19,300 bases of DNA from Chlamydiota bacterium. Its GTDB lineage: Bacteria > Auribacterota > Tritonobacteria > UBA1439. The translations under genes and the position numbers were made by a program. A model generated the notes under the pieces. The model saw only the letters and a list, made by a program, of their open reading frames with translations. It made no database searches and had not been told where the DNA came from. Shown in pieces: positions 1-8,610 of this stretch (the stretch's first letter is position 1; each line of letters begins with the position of its first letter). The stretch covers positions 1 to 19,300 of the forward strand of contig JBAXOY010000056.1 in the NCBI GenBank assembly GCA_037133055.1. Direction: 5' to 3'.

Positions 1-199
1 GCAGATGAACGCAGATAAAGAAACCGCACATGATTTTCAGGAATGAATGGGACGCGGAGCCTCCTTCTCTTCCCGCTTATTCCCTTGAACTTTCAACCGT
101 AGTTTTATCTGCGTACTCTGCGTTCATCTGCGTCCCCAATATCCTTTTCCATTTCCTTCAATCTTGAATCATTGTAGTATCTGCGTTCATCTGCGTCCC
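1..199. repeat. Cluster of ACGCAGATGA-type periodic repeats; forward copy at 1-17, reverse copies at 106-135 and 178-199
   Basis: 1-17 GCAGATGAACGCAGATA is the exact reverse complement of 178-194. 106-135 matches the reverse complement of 19091-19120 at 29 of 30 bases. Confidence 0.9.
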
Positions 200-304
200 A
201 GTGTTGAAGCCTGTAACGCTGGATTCCCGCTGGAGTTTACCCTGGCGAAAAACGGGGCGGGAATGACATCCGGAAGAAGATACCCCCCGTAAGTGACCCA
301 GTAC
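179..304 (+). repeat. Composite repeat module, left copy: periodic repeat + REP-like ATTCCCGC...GCGGGAAT palindrome + GGAAGAAGATACCCCC..AAGTGACCC.GTAC tail
   Basis: Colinear with the reverse complement of 18930-19033. Palindrome arms at 223-230 and 257-264. Confidence 0.9.
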
Positions 305-334
305 GTATTTCGGGATGCTCTTCCCTTCCGGTCG

Positions 335-343
335 TGATAAAAT
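335..343 (+). promoter_or_regulatory. Probable extended -10 sigma70-type promoter of the efflux operon
   Basis: TGaTAAAAT about 30 nt upstream of ATG 373, with SD GGAGG at 363-367. No good -35. Confidence 0.5.
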
Positions 344-372
344 GCCGGGAGCATACAAGGGGGGAGGCGCCC

Positions 373-1608
373 ATGTTCCGCGCGGCACTGCTTCTCTCGC
401 TCCTCATTCCCTCCGCGGGGGTCGCCGGGGGTCTGTCGCTCGATGACGCCCTCCGCGAGGCGCTCGCCTCGAACCCGGAGCTCCTCGCCGCGAGGAAGGC
501 CCACGAGGCCGCCTCGGCCCGCATCCTCCAGGCCGCCGCCCTGAACGACCCGCTCCTCGAGCTCGAGTACGACCGGATAGACGCCGACCGCATGCTCAGC
601 GGGCACCCGATGACGATGTACGGGATCACCCAGGAGATCCCTTTCCCCACCAAGCTCTACTACCGCGCGAAGATCGCCTCGCGGATCGCCCGGGTGGCGT
701 ACGCGAACTACCTCTCGAAGGAGCGCGACATCACCGCGCGGGTCAAGGGCTCCTTCGCGGAGCTCTTTCTCGCGCACGCCGCGGCCGGCATCACCGGGGA
801 GAACCGGCGCATCCTCGACCAGTTCTCCCGGATCGCGACGGCGCGGTACGGCGCCGCCAAGGGAACGCAGGCGGAGGCGCTGAAGGCGCAGGTCGAGCTG
901 GCGCGCGCCGACAACGAGCTCGTCATGATCGAGCAGCGCCGCCTCACGGCGCAGGCGCGATTGAACGTCCTCATGGACCGCCCCCCCGAGCGGGAAACGG
1001 GCGACCCCGTCCCGGCGAGGCTCCCCGCGCGCGCCCCCTCCCTCGAGGAGCTCTACGCCCTGGCGCGCGAGCACAACCCGGATCTCGCGGCCTATCGCTA
1101 CGCGGTGGAGCGGGGAGAGGCTGCGCTCGCCCTCTCGATGAACGAGTTCATGCCCGACCTCATGGTGAAGTTCCGCCAGATGGTGCAGAACGGCAATCTT
1201 CAGGGAGGGATGTGGGCGGGGACGCTGGGCGTGACCATCCCGCTCTGGTTCTTCCAGAAGCAGGCGTTCGGGGTCAAGGAGATGCGGCGGGAGCTGGAGG
1301 GCGTGAAGGCCGAGCGCCGGATGAAGGAGCAGATGGTCCTCTTCGACGTCCGGGACTCCCTCGCCAGGGCCGCGGCGAACTGGAAGGTGCTCCGGCTCTA
1401 CGAGAGCGCTTTCATCCCCCAGGCGGAGGAGACGGTCCAGGCGGCGCTCAAGGCCTACGAGTCTGGGAAGGGCGACTTCCTGAACCTCCTTGACAGCCAG
1501 CGGATGCTCACGGATTTCCGGAACGAGCGGGCGAAGGCGGCCATGGAGCTCTCCTCCGCGGCGGCGGACCTTGAGAAGGCCATCGGGACGGAGCTCTCCA
1601 CGAGATAA
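373..1608 (+). CDS. TolC-family outer membrane factor of a heavy-metal RND efflux system (CusC/CzcC-like)
   Basis: ATG 373 with GGAGG SD; signal peptide MFRAALLLSLLIPSAGVA; OEP-type features (LSLDDALREALASNPEL, ITQEIPFP, GVTIPLW, YESGKGDFLNLLDSQR); first gene before MFP and RND genes. Confidence 0.9.
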   Translation: MFRAALLLSLLIPSAGVAGGLSLDDALREALASNPELLAARKAHEAASARILQAAALNDPLLELEYDRIDADRMLSGHPMTMYGITQEIPFPTKLYYRAKIASRIARVAYANYLSKERDITARVKGSFAELFLAHAAAGITGENRRILDQFSRIATARYGAAKGTQAEALKAQVELARADNELVMIEQRRLTAQARLNVLMDRPPERETGDPVPARLPARAPSLEELYALAREHNPDLAAYRYAVERGEAALALSMNEFMPDLMVKFRQMVQNGNLQGGMWAGTLGVTIPLWFFQKQAFGVKEMRRELEGVKAERRMKEQMVLFDVRDSLARAAANWKVLRLYESAFIPQAEETVQAALKAYESGKGDFLNLLDSQRMLTDFRNERAKAAMELSSAAADLEKAIGTELSTR

Positions 1609-1618
1609 GAGGTGACCG

Positions 1619-3022
1619 ATGAAACTGAGTGCCGTGATCCTCGTTGCCGCCGTGCTCGCGGCCTCCCTCGCGGGGTGCGGGAGCGGGGCTGACGCCGGAA
1701 AGGCCGTCTACTACTGCCCGATGCACCCCACGTACACCTCCCCCCAGCCCGGCGACTGCCCCATCTGCACTATGAAGCTCGTGAAGAGGGAGAAGGAATC
1801 AACCGGTCCGGGGACAGAAGGCCGAGGCGGAGAGCACACAGGACGGGTGGCGCCCGCGCCGGAGAAGACGCTGCACGAGGTCTGCGTCGAGCACCGGTGC
1901 ACGATGAAGGGCTGCCCGATGATGGTGCGCACGGACTTGAAACCCGGCGAGAGGCTTATCTGCCCCGTGTGCGGTGAGGTAATCTCCACCGCACGCGGCA
2001 AGGTCGTCGAGATCGCGCAGCCGCCCCGCGCGGCACCCGCAGCCGCCGCCCCCGCGACCGTCAAGGGGAAGATCCTCTACTACCGGAACCCGATGAACCC
2101 GGAAGTCACCTCCCCCGTCCCGATGAAGGATCCCATGGGGATGGACTACGCGCCCGTCTACGAAGAAGCCCCCGGGGCACAGGCCGGTTCGGGGATATAT
2201 ATCAGCGAGGAGAAACAGCAGCTCATCGGGGTCAGGATCGAGCCGGTGAAGAAGAGGCGACTGGAGAAGATCATCCGCGCCACGGGGAAGATCGCCTACG
2301 ACCCGGACCTCTATGTCGCCCAGGAGGAGTTCATCCAGGCGCTGGAGAACCAGGAGAGGCTCAAGGACTCTCCCTCCGGTGACATCATGGACAGGGCGAA
2401 GTCGATGACCGAGGCCGCGCGCCGCAGGCTAATCCTTCAGGGGATGAGCGACGACCAGATCGCCCGGATCGAGAAGACAAAAAAAGCCGACAGCGGCCTC
2501 TACCTTCCCGGCAAGGGGGAGGGTGTCTGGGCGTATCTCTGGATCAGCGAATATGAGATAGGGCTTGTGAAAGTCGGGAACGCCGTGGGAATCGAGGCGG
2601 TTTCGTATCCCGGCGAGAAATTCGACGGAAAGGTTGTCGCGATCAATCCCGTGCTCGATCCGGCGACGAGGGCGAACCAGGTCCGGGTCGAAGTGGGGAA
2701 CCGGGCGGACAGACTGAAGCCGGAGATGTTCGTAAAAGCCGCCATCCACGTCGAGCTCGGAGAAAAGCTCGCCGTCCCCGAATCGGCGGTGCTCGACACC
2801 GGGGTGCGGAAGATCGTCTATCTCTCCCGCCCGGATGGATTCCTGGAGTCGCGCGAGATGAAACTAGGCCGGAAGGCCGAGGGATATTACGAAGTCCTCG
2901 AGGGGCTGAGCGAGGGCGATTCCGTCGTCAGTTCCGGAAATTTTCTGGTCGATTCGGAGAGCAGGCTGAAGTCGGCGGCCGATGCCGCGCCGCCCCCTCA
3001 CACGAAGCAGCCGATCCCCTGA
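1619..3022 (+). CDS. cusB: CusB/CzcB-like RND periplasmic adaptor with N-terminal heavy-metal-binding domains; lipoprotein
   Basis: Lipobox LAGC; YYCPMHP..PGDCPICTMKL and YYRNPMNP..KDPMGMDY motifs; MFP C-terminus (LKPEMFV, LAVPESAVLDTG, GLSEGDSVVSSGNFLVDSES); SD GAGGTGA. Confidence 0.88.
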   Translation: MKLSAVILVAAVLAASLAGCGSGADAGKAVYYCPMHPTYTSPQPGDCPICTMKLVKREKESTGPGTEGRGGEHTGRVAPAPEKTLHEVCVEHRCTMKGCPMMVRTDLKPGERLICPVCGEVISTARGKVVEIAQPPRAAPAAAAPATVKGKILYYRNPMNPEVTSPVPMKDPMGMDYAPVYEEAPGAQAGSGIYISEEKQQLIGVRIEPVKKRRLEKIIRATGKIAYDPDLYVAQEEFIQALENQERLKDSPSGDIMDRAKSMTEAARRRLILQGMSDDQIARIEKTKKADSGLYLPGKGEGVWAYLWISEYEIGLVKVGNAVGIEAVSYPGEKFDGKVVAINPVLDPATRANQVRVEVGNRADRLKPEMFVKAAIHVELGEKLAVPESAVLDTGVRKIVYLSRPDGFLESREMKLGRKAEGYYEVLEGLSEGDSVVSSGNFLVDSESRLKSAADAAPPPHTKQPIP

Positions 3023-3035
3023 GGGGCACGGGCGT

Positions 3036-6000
3036 ATGGGCGCACTCATAAACCGGACGATCGAATACTCGGCGCGCAACCGGGTGATTGTGTTCATCGT
3101 GGTGGGGGTTGCCGCCCTGGGCGGCATCGCCTCGATCCAAAATATCCCCCTCGACGCAATCCCGGACCTGTCGGACACACAGGTAATCGTTTATACAAAA
3201 TGGGACAGGCCCCCCCAACTGATCGAAGACCAGGTCACCTATCCCGTCATCGCAGCCCTTCTCGGGGCCCCCGGGGTTAAGGATATCCGCGGATTTTCGG
3301 ATTACGGTTTTTCGTACGTGTACATCATCTTTGAAGACGGGACCGACGTGTACTGGGCCCGTTCGCGGGTCCTGGAATATCTCTCCAAGGTCACCCCGCA
3401 GCTCCCCCCCGACGCGAAAGTCGAACTCGGCCCCGATGCGACCGGCGTGGGGTGGGTCTTCGAGTACGCCCTCGTGGATGAGACGGGAACGCACTCCCTC
3501 GAGGACCTCACCACATTCCAGAACTGGCACCTCAAATACGCGCTCCAGTCCGTGAAGGGCGTCGCCGAAGTGACCAGCGTCGGGGGCTTCGTGAAGCAAT
3601 ACCAGGTGGTGGTCAATCCGGATGCCCTGCGTTCCTACGCGATTCCGCTCGCGGACGTGGTGATGGCGCTGAAAAAATCAAACCGGGAAACGGGCGCCCG
3701 GTTGCTGGAGTTCTCCGGCAGGGAGTACATGGTCACCATCCGCGGCTATATACGGTCGCTGCGCGATATTGAAGAGATCGTCGTGAAACTGGACAAGAAC
3801 GGCGTCCCGGTGACCATCAGGGACGTCGCCCGGGTTCAATTCGGCCCCGACATACGGCGGGGGGTCGCCGAGCTCAACGGGAAGGGCGAGGTGGTCGGCG
3901 GCATCGTGGTCATGCGGTACCATGAAAATGCCCTCAAGGTGATCGGGCGGGTCAAGGAAAGAATCAAAAGCATCCAGCTCCCCGAGGGGGTGAAACTCGT
4001 CGTCACCTACGACCGCTCCGATCTGATCCTCAGGGCGATCCATACCCTGAAGAAGGAGCTTTTCCAGGAGATGGCGGTCGTGAGCCTCGTCATCCTCGTC
4101 TTCCTGCTTCACATCCCCTCGGCGTTGATCCCGATCATCACGCTGCCCCTCGCGGTCGTCATCTCGTTCATCCCGATGTATTTCATGGGGCTCACCTCCA
4201 ACGTGATGAGTCTCGGCGGGATCGCGATCGCGATCGGCGCGATGGTGGACGCGGCGATCGTCGTCGTGGAGAACGCGCACAAGAAACTCTCCCACTGGGA
4301 GGAATCGGGGAGAAAGGGGGACTACCACGAGATTCTCCTCGAGGCGATCAAGGAGGTGGGGGGGCCGGCGTTTTTCTCCCTCCTGGTGATCGCGGTCGCC
4401 TTCATCCCCATCTTCACGCTCGAGGGGTACGAGGGCAGGCTTTTCAAACCGCTCGCCTTCACCAAGAACTTCGCGATGTTCTTCGCGGCATTCCTCGCGA
4501 TCACGCTCGACCCCGCGGTGAGGTTCCTGTTCACGCGGCTCGATTTTTATCATTTCCGGCCGCGATGGCTGTGCAGCGTGGTGAATCATACCCTCGTCGG
4601 GAGAATCCATTCGGAGGAGAAACACCCGGTCAGCAGGTTCCTCTTCCGGATATATGAACCCGTGGTGCATTTCACGCTTCGAAGACCGCGCCTGATCATC
4701 GGCTCGGCGGCGGCGCTGTTCCTCGTCACCATCCCCTTTTTCTTCAAGATCGGCAGGGAGTTCATGCCCCCGCTGAACGAGGGCACGATCCTCTACATGC
4801 CCACCACGCCGCCCGGCATCTCGGTCACCGAGGCCGCGAAACTGCTTCAGATCCAGGACAGAATCCTCACATCATTCCCCGAGGTCGTCAGCGTCTTCGG
4901 GAAGGCGGGGCGGGCGGACAGCTCGACGGACCCGGCGCCCTTTTCCATGATGGAGACGGTGGTCGAGCTGAAACCGCAGAACGAGTGGCGCTTCACGCCG
5001 CGATGGTATTCGCGCATGCTTCCCGGCCTCCTGCAATCGCCGCTCCGATTGATCTGGCCCGACAGGATTTCATGGGAGGAGCTCATCCAAAAAATGGATG
5101 CCGCGCTTCAGATTCCCGGCCAGGTCAACGCATGGACCCTCCCGATCAAGGGCCGGATCGACATGCTGACCACGGGGGTGCGCACCCCCGTGGGAATTAA
5201 GATCTTCGGCGATGATCTGCAGAGGATAGAGGAGATCGGGGCCGAAATCGAGCGCCGCCTCAAGGGGATTCGGGGCACACGAAGCATTTACGCCGAAAGG
5301 ACCTCCGGGGGATACTTCGTCGACATCGACCTGAAAAGGGATCAGATCGCCCGCTACGGCCTCACCGTCGAGGACGTCCAGATGGAGCTCATGTCGGCCA
5401 TCGGCGGCGAAAATATAACCCTCACCGTGGAGGGGAGGGAACGATTCCCGGTCAATATCCGGTACCCGAGGGAACTGCGGGATGATGTGGAGAAATTGAA
5501 AACCGTATACCTGTCGGCCCCCTCGGGCGCAAGCATCCCCCTCGCCCAGCTCGCCGATATCCGCCTCGTCACGGGACCCTCGATGATCAGGGATGAGAAC
5601 GGCCGCCTCGCGGGCTATGTCTACATCGACGTCACCGATAGAGACATCGGCAGTTATGTGGACGAGGCCAAGAGGATCCTGAAATCCGGCGTCACGCTCC
5701 CCGCCGGGTATTCGCTCGTCTTCAGCGGGCAATACGAATTCATGGAAAGGGTCAGAGAGAGGATGAAGATCGTGCTGCCGCTGACCCTTTTCATCATCTT
5801 CTTCCTGATCCACATGAATACCCGAAGCTACGCAAAAACGTTCATCGTGCTCCTCGCCGTCCCCTTCTCCATGATAGGGGTCGTCTGGATCCTGTATCTG
5901 CTGCACTACAACCTGAGCATCGGGGTATGGGCGGGGATCATCGCGCTCCTGGGAGTCGACGCGGAAACGGGCGTGTTCATGCTGCTCTACCTCGACCTGT

Positions 6001-6302
6001 CGTACGAGGACATGAAAAAGCGGGGGGTGCTGAAAACCGTCGCCGACCTCAGGGAATCGGTGATCCACGGCGCGGTGAAACGAATACGGCCGAAGATGAT
6101 GACGGTCGGGACGACCTTCATCGGGCTCCTTCCCATCATGTGGGCCCAGACGAACGAGCTCGGGGCCGACGTGACGAAACGGATCGCCGCACCCATGGTC
6201 GGGGGGATATTCGTGTCGTTCGTGATGGAACTCGTCGTCTATCCCGCGATCTATTACCTCTGGAAGAAGCGGGGGGTCGGAGGCACGTCCCGCGGGGAGT
6301 AG
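3036..6302 (+). CDS. cusA: CusA/SilA-type heavy-metal efflux RND pump, probably Cu(I)/Ag(I)
   Basis: Motifs DAIPDLSDTQV, LGPDATGVGW, GAMVDAAIVVVEN, EGRLFKPLAFTK, RIRPKMMT. Met residues in the ILYMPT, PAPFSMMET and RIDMLTTG contexts correspond to the CusA three-Met site. Start taken at ATG 3036, after the MFP stop. Confidence 0.95.
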   Translation: MGALINRTIEYSARNRVIVFIVVGVAALGGIASIQNIPLDAIPDLSDTQVIVYTKWDRPPQLIEDQVTYPVIAALLGAPGVKDIRGFSDYGFSYVYIIFEDGTDVYWARSRVLEYLSKVTPQLPPDAKVELGPDATGVGWVFEYALVDETGTHSLEDLTTFQNWHLKYALQSVKGVAEVTSVGGFVKQYQVVVNPDALRSYAIPLADVVMALKKSNRETGARLLEFSGREYMVTIRGYIRSLRDIEEIVVKLDKNGVPVTIRDVARVQFGPDIRRGVAELNGKGEVVGGIVVMRYHENALKVIGRVKERIKSIQLPEGVKLVVTYDRSDLILRAIHTLKKELFQEMAVVSLVILVFLLHIPSALIPIITLPLAVVISFIPMYFMGLTSNVMSLGGIAIAIGAMVDAAIVVVENAHKKLSHWEESGRKGDYHEILLEAIKEVGGPAFFSLLVIAVAFIPIFTLEGYEGRLFKPLAFTKNFAMFFAAFLAITLDPAVRFLFTRLDFYHFRPRWLCSVVNHTLVGRIHSEEKHPVSRFLFRIYEPVVHFTLRRPRLIIGSAAALFLVTIPFFFKIGREFMPPLNEGTILYMPTTPPGISVTEAAKLLQIQDRILTSFPEVVSVFGKAGRADSSTDPAPFSMMETVVELKPQNEWRFTPRWYSRMLPGLLQSPLRLIWPDRISWEELIQKMDAALQIPGQVNAWTLPIKGRIDMLTTGVRTPVGIKIFGDDLQRIEEIGAEIERRLKGIRGTRSIYAERTSGGYFVDIDLKRDQIARYGLTVEDVQMELMSAIGGENITLTVEGRERFPVNIRYPRELRDDVEKLKTVYLSAPSGASIPLAQLADIRLVTGPSMIRDENGRLAGYVYIDVTDRDIGSYVDEAKRILKSGVTLPAGYSLVFSGQYEFMERVRERMKIVLPLTLFIIFFLIHMNTRSYAKTFIVLLAVPFSMIGVVWILYLLHYNLSIGVWAGIIALLGVDAETGVFMLLYLDLSYEDMKKRGVLKTVADLRESVIHGAVKRIRPKMMTVGTTFIGLLPIMWAQTNELGADVTKRIAAPMVGGIFVSFVMELVVYPAIYYLWKKRGVGGTSRGE

Positions 6303-6311
6303 ACCCACGGA

Positions 6312-6340
6312 TTGCGCGGGGGGGCCCGATCGGATATACT
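6312..6340 (+). promoter_or_regulatory. sigma70-type promoter for the permease, leaderless or near-leaderless
   Basis: TTGCGC (6312-6317), 17 nt, TATACT (6335-6340); ATG follows 9 nt later with no SD. Confidence 0.6.
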
Positions 6341-6349
6341 ACCCCTCCC

Positions 6350-7630
6350 ATGAACCAGAGCACCCTCGCGCTCGGCATCTTCGTCGCCGCCTACGTCCTC
6401 TTCGTGATCCTCCCGAACCGGAGGACGATCGTCGCGGTCGCGGCGGGCGCCATCCTCCTCCTCGCCGGGGTCATCTCCCCGGGAGACGCGTTCCGGGCGG
6501 TCAACTGGAACGTGATGGGGATATTCGTCGGCACGCTCGTGGTCGCCGACCTGTTCATGGAGAGCCGCGTCCCCGCCCGCCTCGCGGAGCTCATCGTGGA
6601 CCGGGCCCCGAACACCGCCTGGGCGATCCTCTCGATCTGCGCCCTGACCGGCTTCATTTCGGCGTTCGTCGAGAACGTGGCGACCGTGCTGATCGTCGCC
6701 CCGATCGCCCTCGCCCTGTCGAAGAAGCTCGCGATCAACCCGGTGAAGATGATGATCGCGATCGCCGTGTCCAGCAACCTGCAGGGCTGCGCGACGCTGA
6801 TCGGCGACCCGCCCAGCATGCTCCTCGGCGGCTTCGCGAAGATGACGTTCGCGGACTTCTTCCTCTATCGGGGCAGGCCCGGCATCTTCTTCGCGGTCGA
6901 GATCGGGGCGATCGTCTCATTCTTCGTGCTCTACCGGATCTTCCGCGGATATCGCCGGAAGGCGGCGATCATCCCCGTGGAAAAGGTGCGGTCGTGGGTG
7001 CCGGCATCGATCCTCGTGACGCTCATCGCGGCGCTGGCCCTCTCCTCGTTCTTCGACACCGAGTTCTCCTACATGGCCGGGGCGCTCTGCATGATCGCCG
7101 CGGCGGTCGCCGTCGCCTGGGACAAGCTCGCCACCCGCACCTCCGTCATCGAAGGGTTCCGGTCGCTCGACTGGGACACGACGTTTTTCCTCGTCGGGAT
7201 ATTCATCCTCGTCGGGAGCCTCACCCTGACCGGATGGATCGACACCATTGCCGGGGCGCTCTCGGACCTCGTGGGAAAGAACATCTTTCTCGGCTACACC
7301 CTGATCGTCTTCGTTTCGGTGGCGATCTCGGCGTTCGTGGACAACGTCCCGTACCTCGCGGCGATGCTCCCCGTCGCGATGAAGATGGCTGACCGGCTCT
7401 CCATGGACCCGTCCCTCTTCCTCTTCGGCCTGCTCATCGGGGCGAGCCTCGGCGGGAACATCACCCCCATAGGCGCGTCCGCGAACATCGTCGCCTGCGG
7501 ACTGCTCAGGAAGGAGGGCTGCGAGGTTCGCTTCGGGGAGTTCATGAGGATCGGCATCCCGTTCACCCTCGCCGCGGTGTCGCCGGCGTACCTGTTCCTC
7601 TGGTGGGTCTGGGGGCCCGTACACGGGTGA
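6350..7630 (+). CDS. ArsB/NhaD (ion transporter superfamily) permease; citrate/arsenite/anion or Na+/H+ transporter-like
   Basis: Highly hydrophobic; motifs SAFVENVATV, SNLQGCATLIGDPPS, SAFVDNVP, LGGNITPIGASAN. Start at ATG 6350 because the upstream extension overlaps cusA. Confidence 0.85.
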   Translation: MNQSTLALGIFVAAYVLFVILPNRRTIVAVAAGAILLLAGVISPGDAFRAVNWNVMGIFVGTLVVADLFMESRVPARLAELIVDRAPNTAWAILSICALTGFISAFVENVATVLIVAPIALALSKKLAINPVKMMIAIAVSSNLQGCATLIGDPPSMLLGGFAKMTFADFFLYRGRPGIFFAVEIGAIVSFFVLYRIFRGYRRKAAIIPVEKVRSWVPASILVTLIAALALSSFFDTEFSYMAGALCMIAAAVAVAWDKLATRTSVIEGFRSLDWDTTFFLVGIFILVGSLTLTGWIDTIAGALSDLVGKNIFLGYTLIVFVSVAISAFVDNVPYLAAMLPVAMKMADRLSMDPSLFLFGLLIGASLGGNITPIGASANIVACGLLRKEGCEVRFGEFMRIGIPFTLAAVSPAYLFLWWVWGPVHG

Positions 7631-7675
7631 ATGGGACGCGGATCGCCGCGGCACACCCTGAGGTGTTCACCGCGG
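7628..7675. repeat. Partial repeat-family copy plus small hairpin at the convergence point of the two gene runs
   Basis: TGAATGGGACGCGGA at 7628-7642 is identical to 44-58. GGACGCGGATCGCCGCGG resembles 19225-19242. ACACC-CTGA-GGTGT stem is flanked by CCGCGG on both sides. Confidence 0.55.
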
Positions 7676-8113
7676 GTTGCGGCGGAATTTGAATATCAGC
7701 ACCGTGAGCAGCACCCAGCCCCCGATCTCATACCACTCGATCGCCCGCTGGACCTCCGTGATGAGGCTTATCCCCTCCTTGACGTCGCCCCCCGTCTCCA
7801 TGAGCGACTCCGCGACCTTCACGAGGAATATCGCCATGCGGAGGAAGACGGTGAAGAGCGCGCAGGCGAACACCGACTCCATCAGCTTGTAGGCGAGGCG
7901 CACCGGGAATCCCTCCGACTTGCCGGCCTCCTTTTTTCCCCCGCCCGCGCCGGCTTGCCGGATAAACGGCGCAGCGGCGGGATCGGCCTCCGCGCCCCGC
8001 GCGAGCGGCTCGCCGGTGCGCGTGAATTTCATCCCCCCGTGCACCATCCCGTCCCCGCAGGAGGGACAGCGGCTCCCCCCGAAGTGGTACATCCCGCAGC
8101 GCGCGCAGTACAT
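7667..8113 (-). CDS. Hypothetical membrane protein with N-terminal zinc ribbon and two predicted TM helices
   Basis: MYCARCG...CPSCG (CxxC...CxxC); two hydrophobic segments; start overlaps the STAS stop (TGATG). Confidence 0.7.
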   Translation of the reverse strand: MYCARCGMYHFGGSRCPSCGDGMVHGGMKFTRTGEPLARGAEADPAAAPFIRQAGAGGGKKEAGKSEGFPVRLAYKLMESVFACALFTVFLRMAIFLVKVAESLMETGGDVKEGISLITEVQRAIEWYEIGGWVLLTVLIFKFRRNPR

Positions 8114-8505
8114 CAGGATATCCTTTCGAATGATTCGATCGCTTTTCTCTCATCGTCGAACGGGGGGAAAAGCTGCTCGAGCCTCGCCATCTCGAGCACG
8201 TGGCGCGGGGCCCCGGCAAGGTTGAGGAGCCTGAGGTTGCCGCCCTGCGCCTGGAGGCGCTTGAGCTCGGCGAGGAACACCCCGATCGTCGAGCTGTCGA
8301 TGTAGGTGACCTTGCCCATGTCCACGATGATCCTCACGATTGTGCGGGTCATGTAGGCGTCGATGAGCTTCCTGATCTCCCCGCAGTTGTAAATGTCGAT
8401 CTCGCCGGAGAGCTCGATGACGCCCACCGGGCCCGCCTCCCGGACGAGCACCTCCATTTTGCCCATCATGCCCAGTATCTTCCGCTTCGTCTCGCCGCCG
8501 CTCAT
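8113..8505 (-). CDS. STAS domain protein (anti-sigma factor antagonist, RsbV/SpoIIAA-like)
   Basis: VIELSGEID, IIVDMGKVTYIDSSTIG (DSS phospho-Ser context), GGNLRLLN. SD GGAGG 9 nt before ATG 8505; start codon somewhat uncertain. Confidence 0.88.
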   Translation of the reverse strand: MSGGETKRKILGMMGKMEVLVREAGPVGVIELSGEIDIYNCGEIRKLIDAYMTRTIVRIIVDMGKVTYIDSSTIGVFLAELKRLQAQGGNLRLLNLAGAPRHVLEMARLEQLFPPFDDERKAIESFERIS

Positions 8506-8571
8506 GCGTGGGTCCCTCCCGTTATTCAAAGCTTCTGGTTCCTGAATTCTGGCTCCCGAGCAGTCACAGTT

Positions 8572-8580
8572 ATTGTATCA
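8572..8580 (-). promoter_or_regulatory. Extended -10 promoter for the STAS / zinc-ribbon gene pair
   Basis: Minus strand TGaTACAAT in an AT-richer intergenic gap upstream of the STAS gene. Confidence 0.5.
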
Positions 8581-8610
8581 TTGATCATCGGGCATCTGGG
8601 CATTCCTTTG

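Noticed and set aside
279..304. TACCCCCC tract as a CsoR/RcnR-type copper operator
   Set aside because: No matching GGGGTA half-site, and the same tract occurs in the repeat copy upstream of psd.
5927..6349. 141-aa N-terminal extension of the permease
   Set aside because: Overlaps the cusA 3' end in another frame, is Arg/Gly-rich, and a promoter lies just before ATG 6350.
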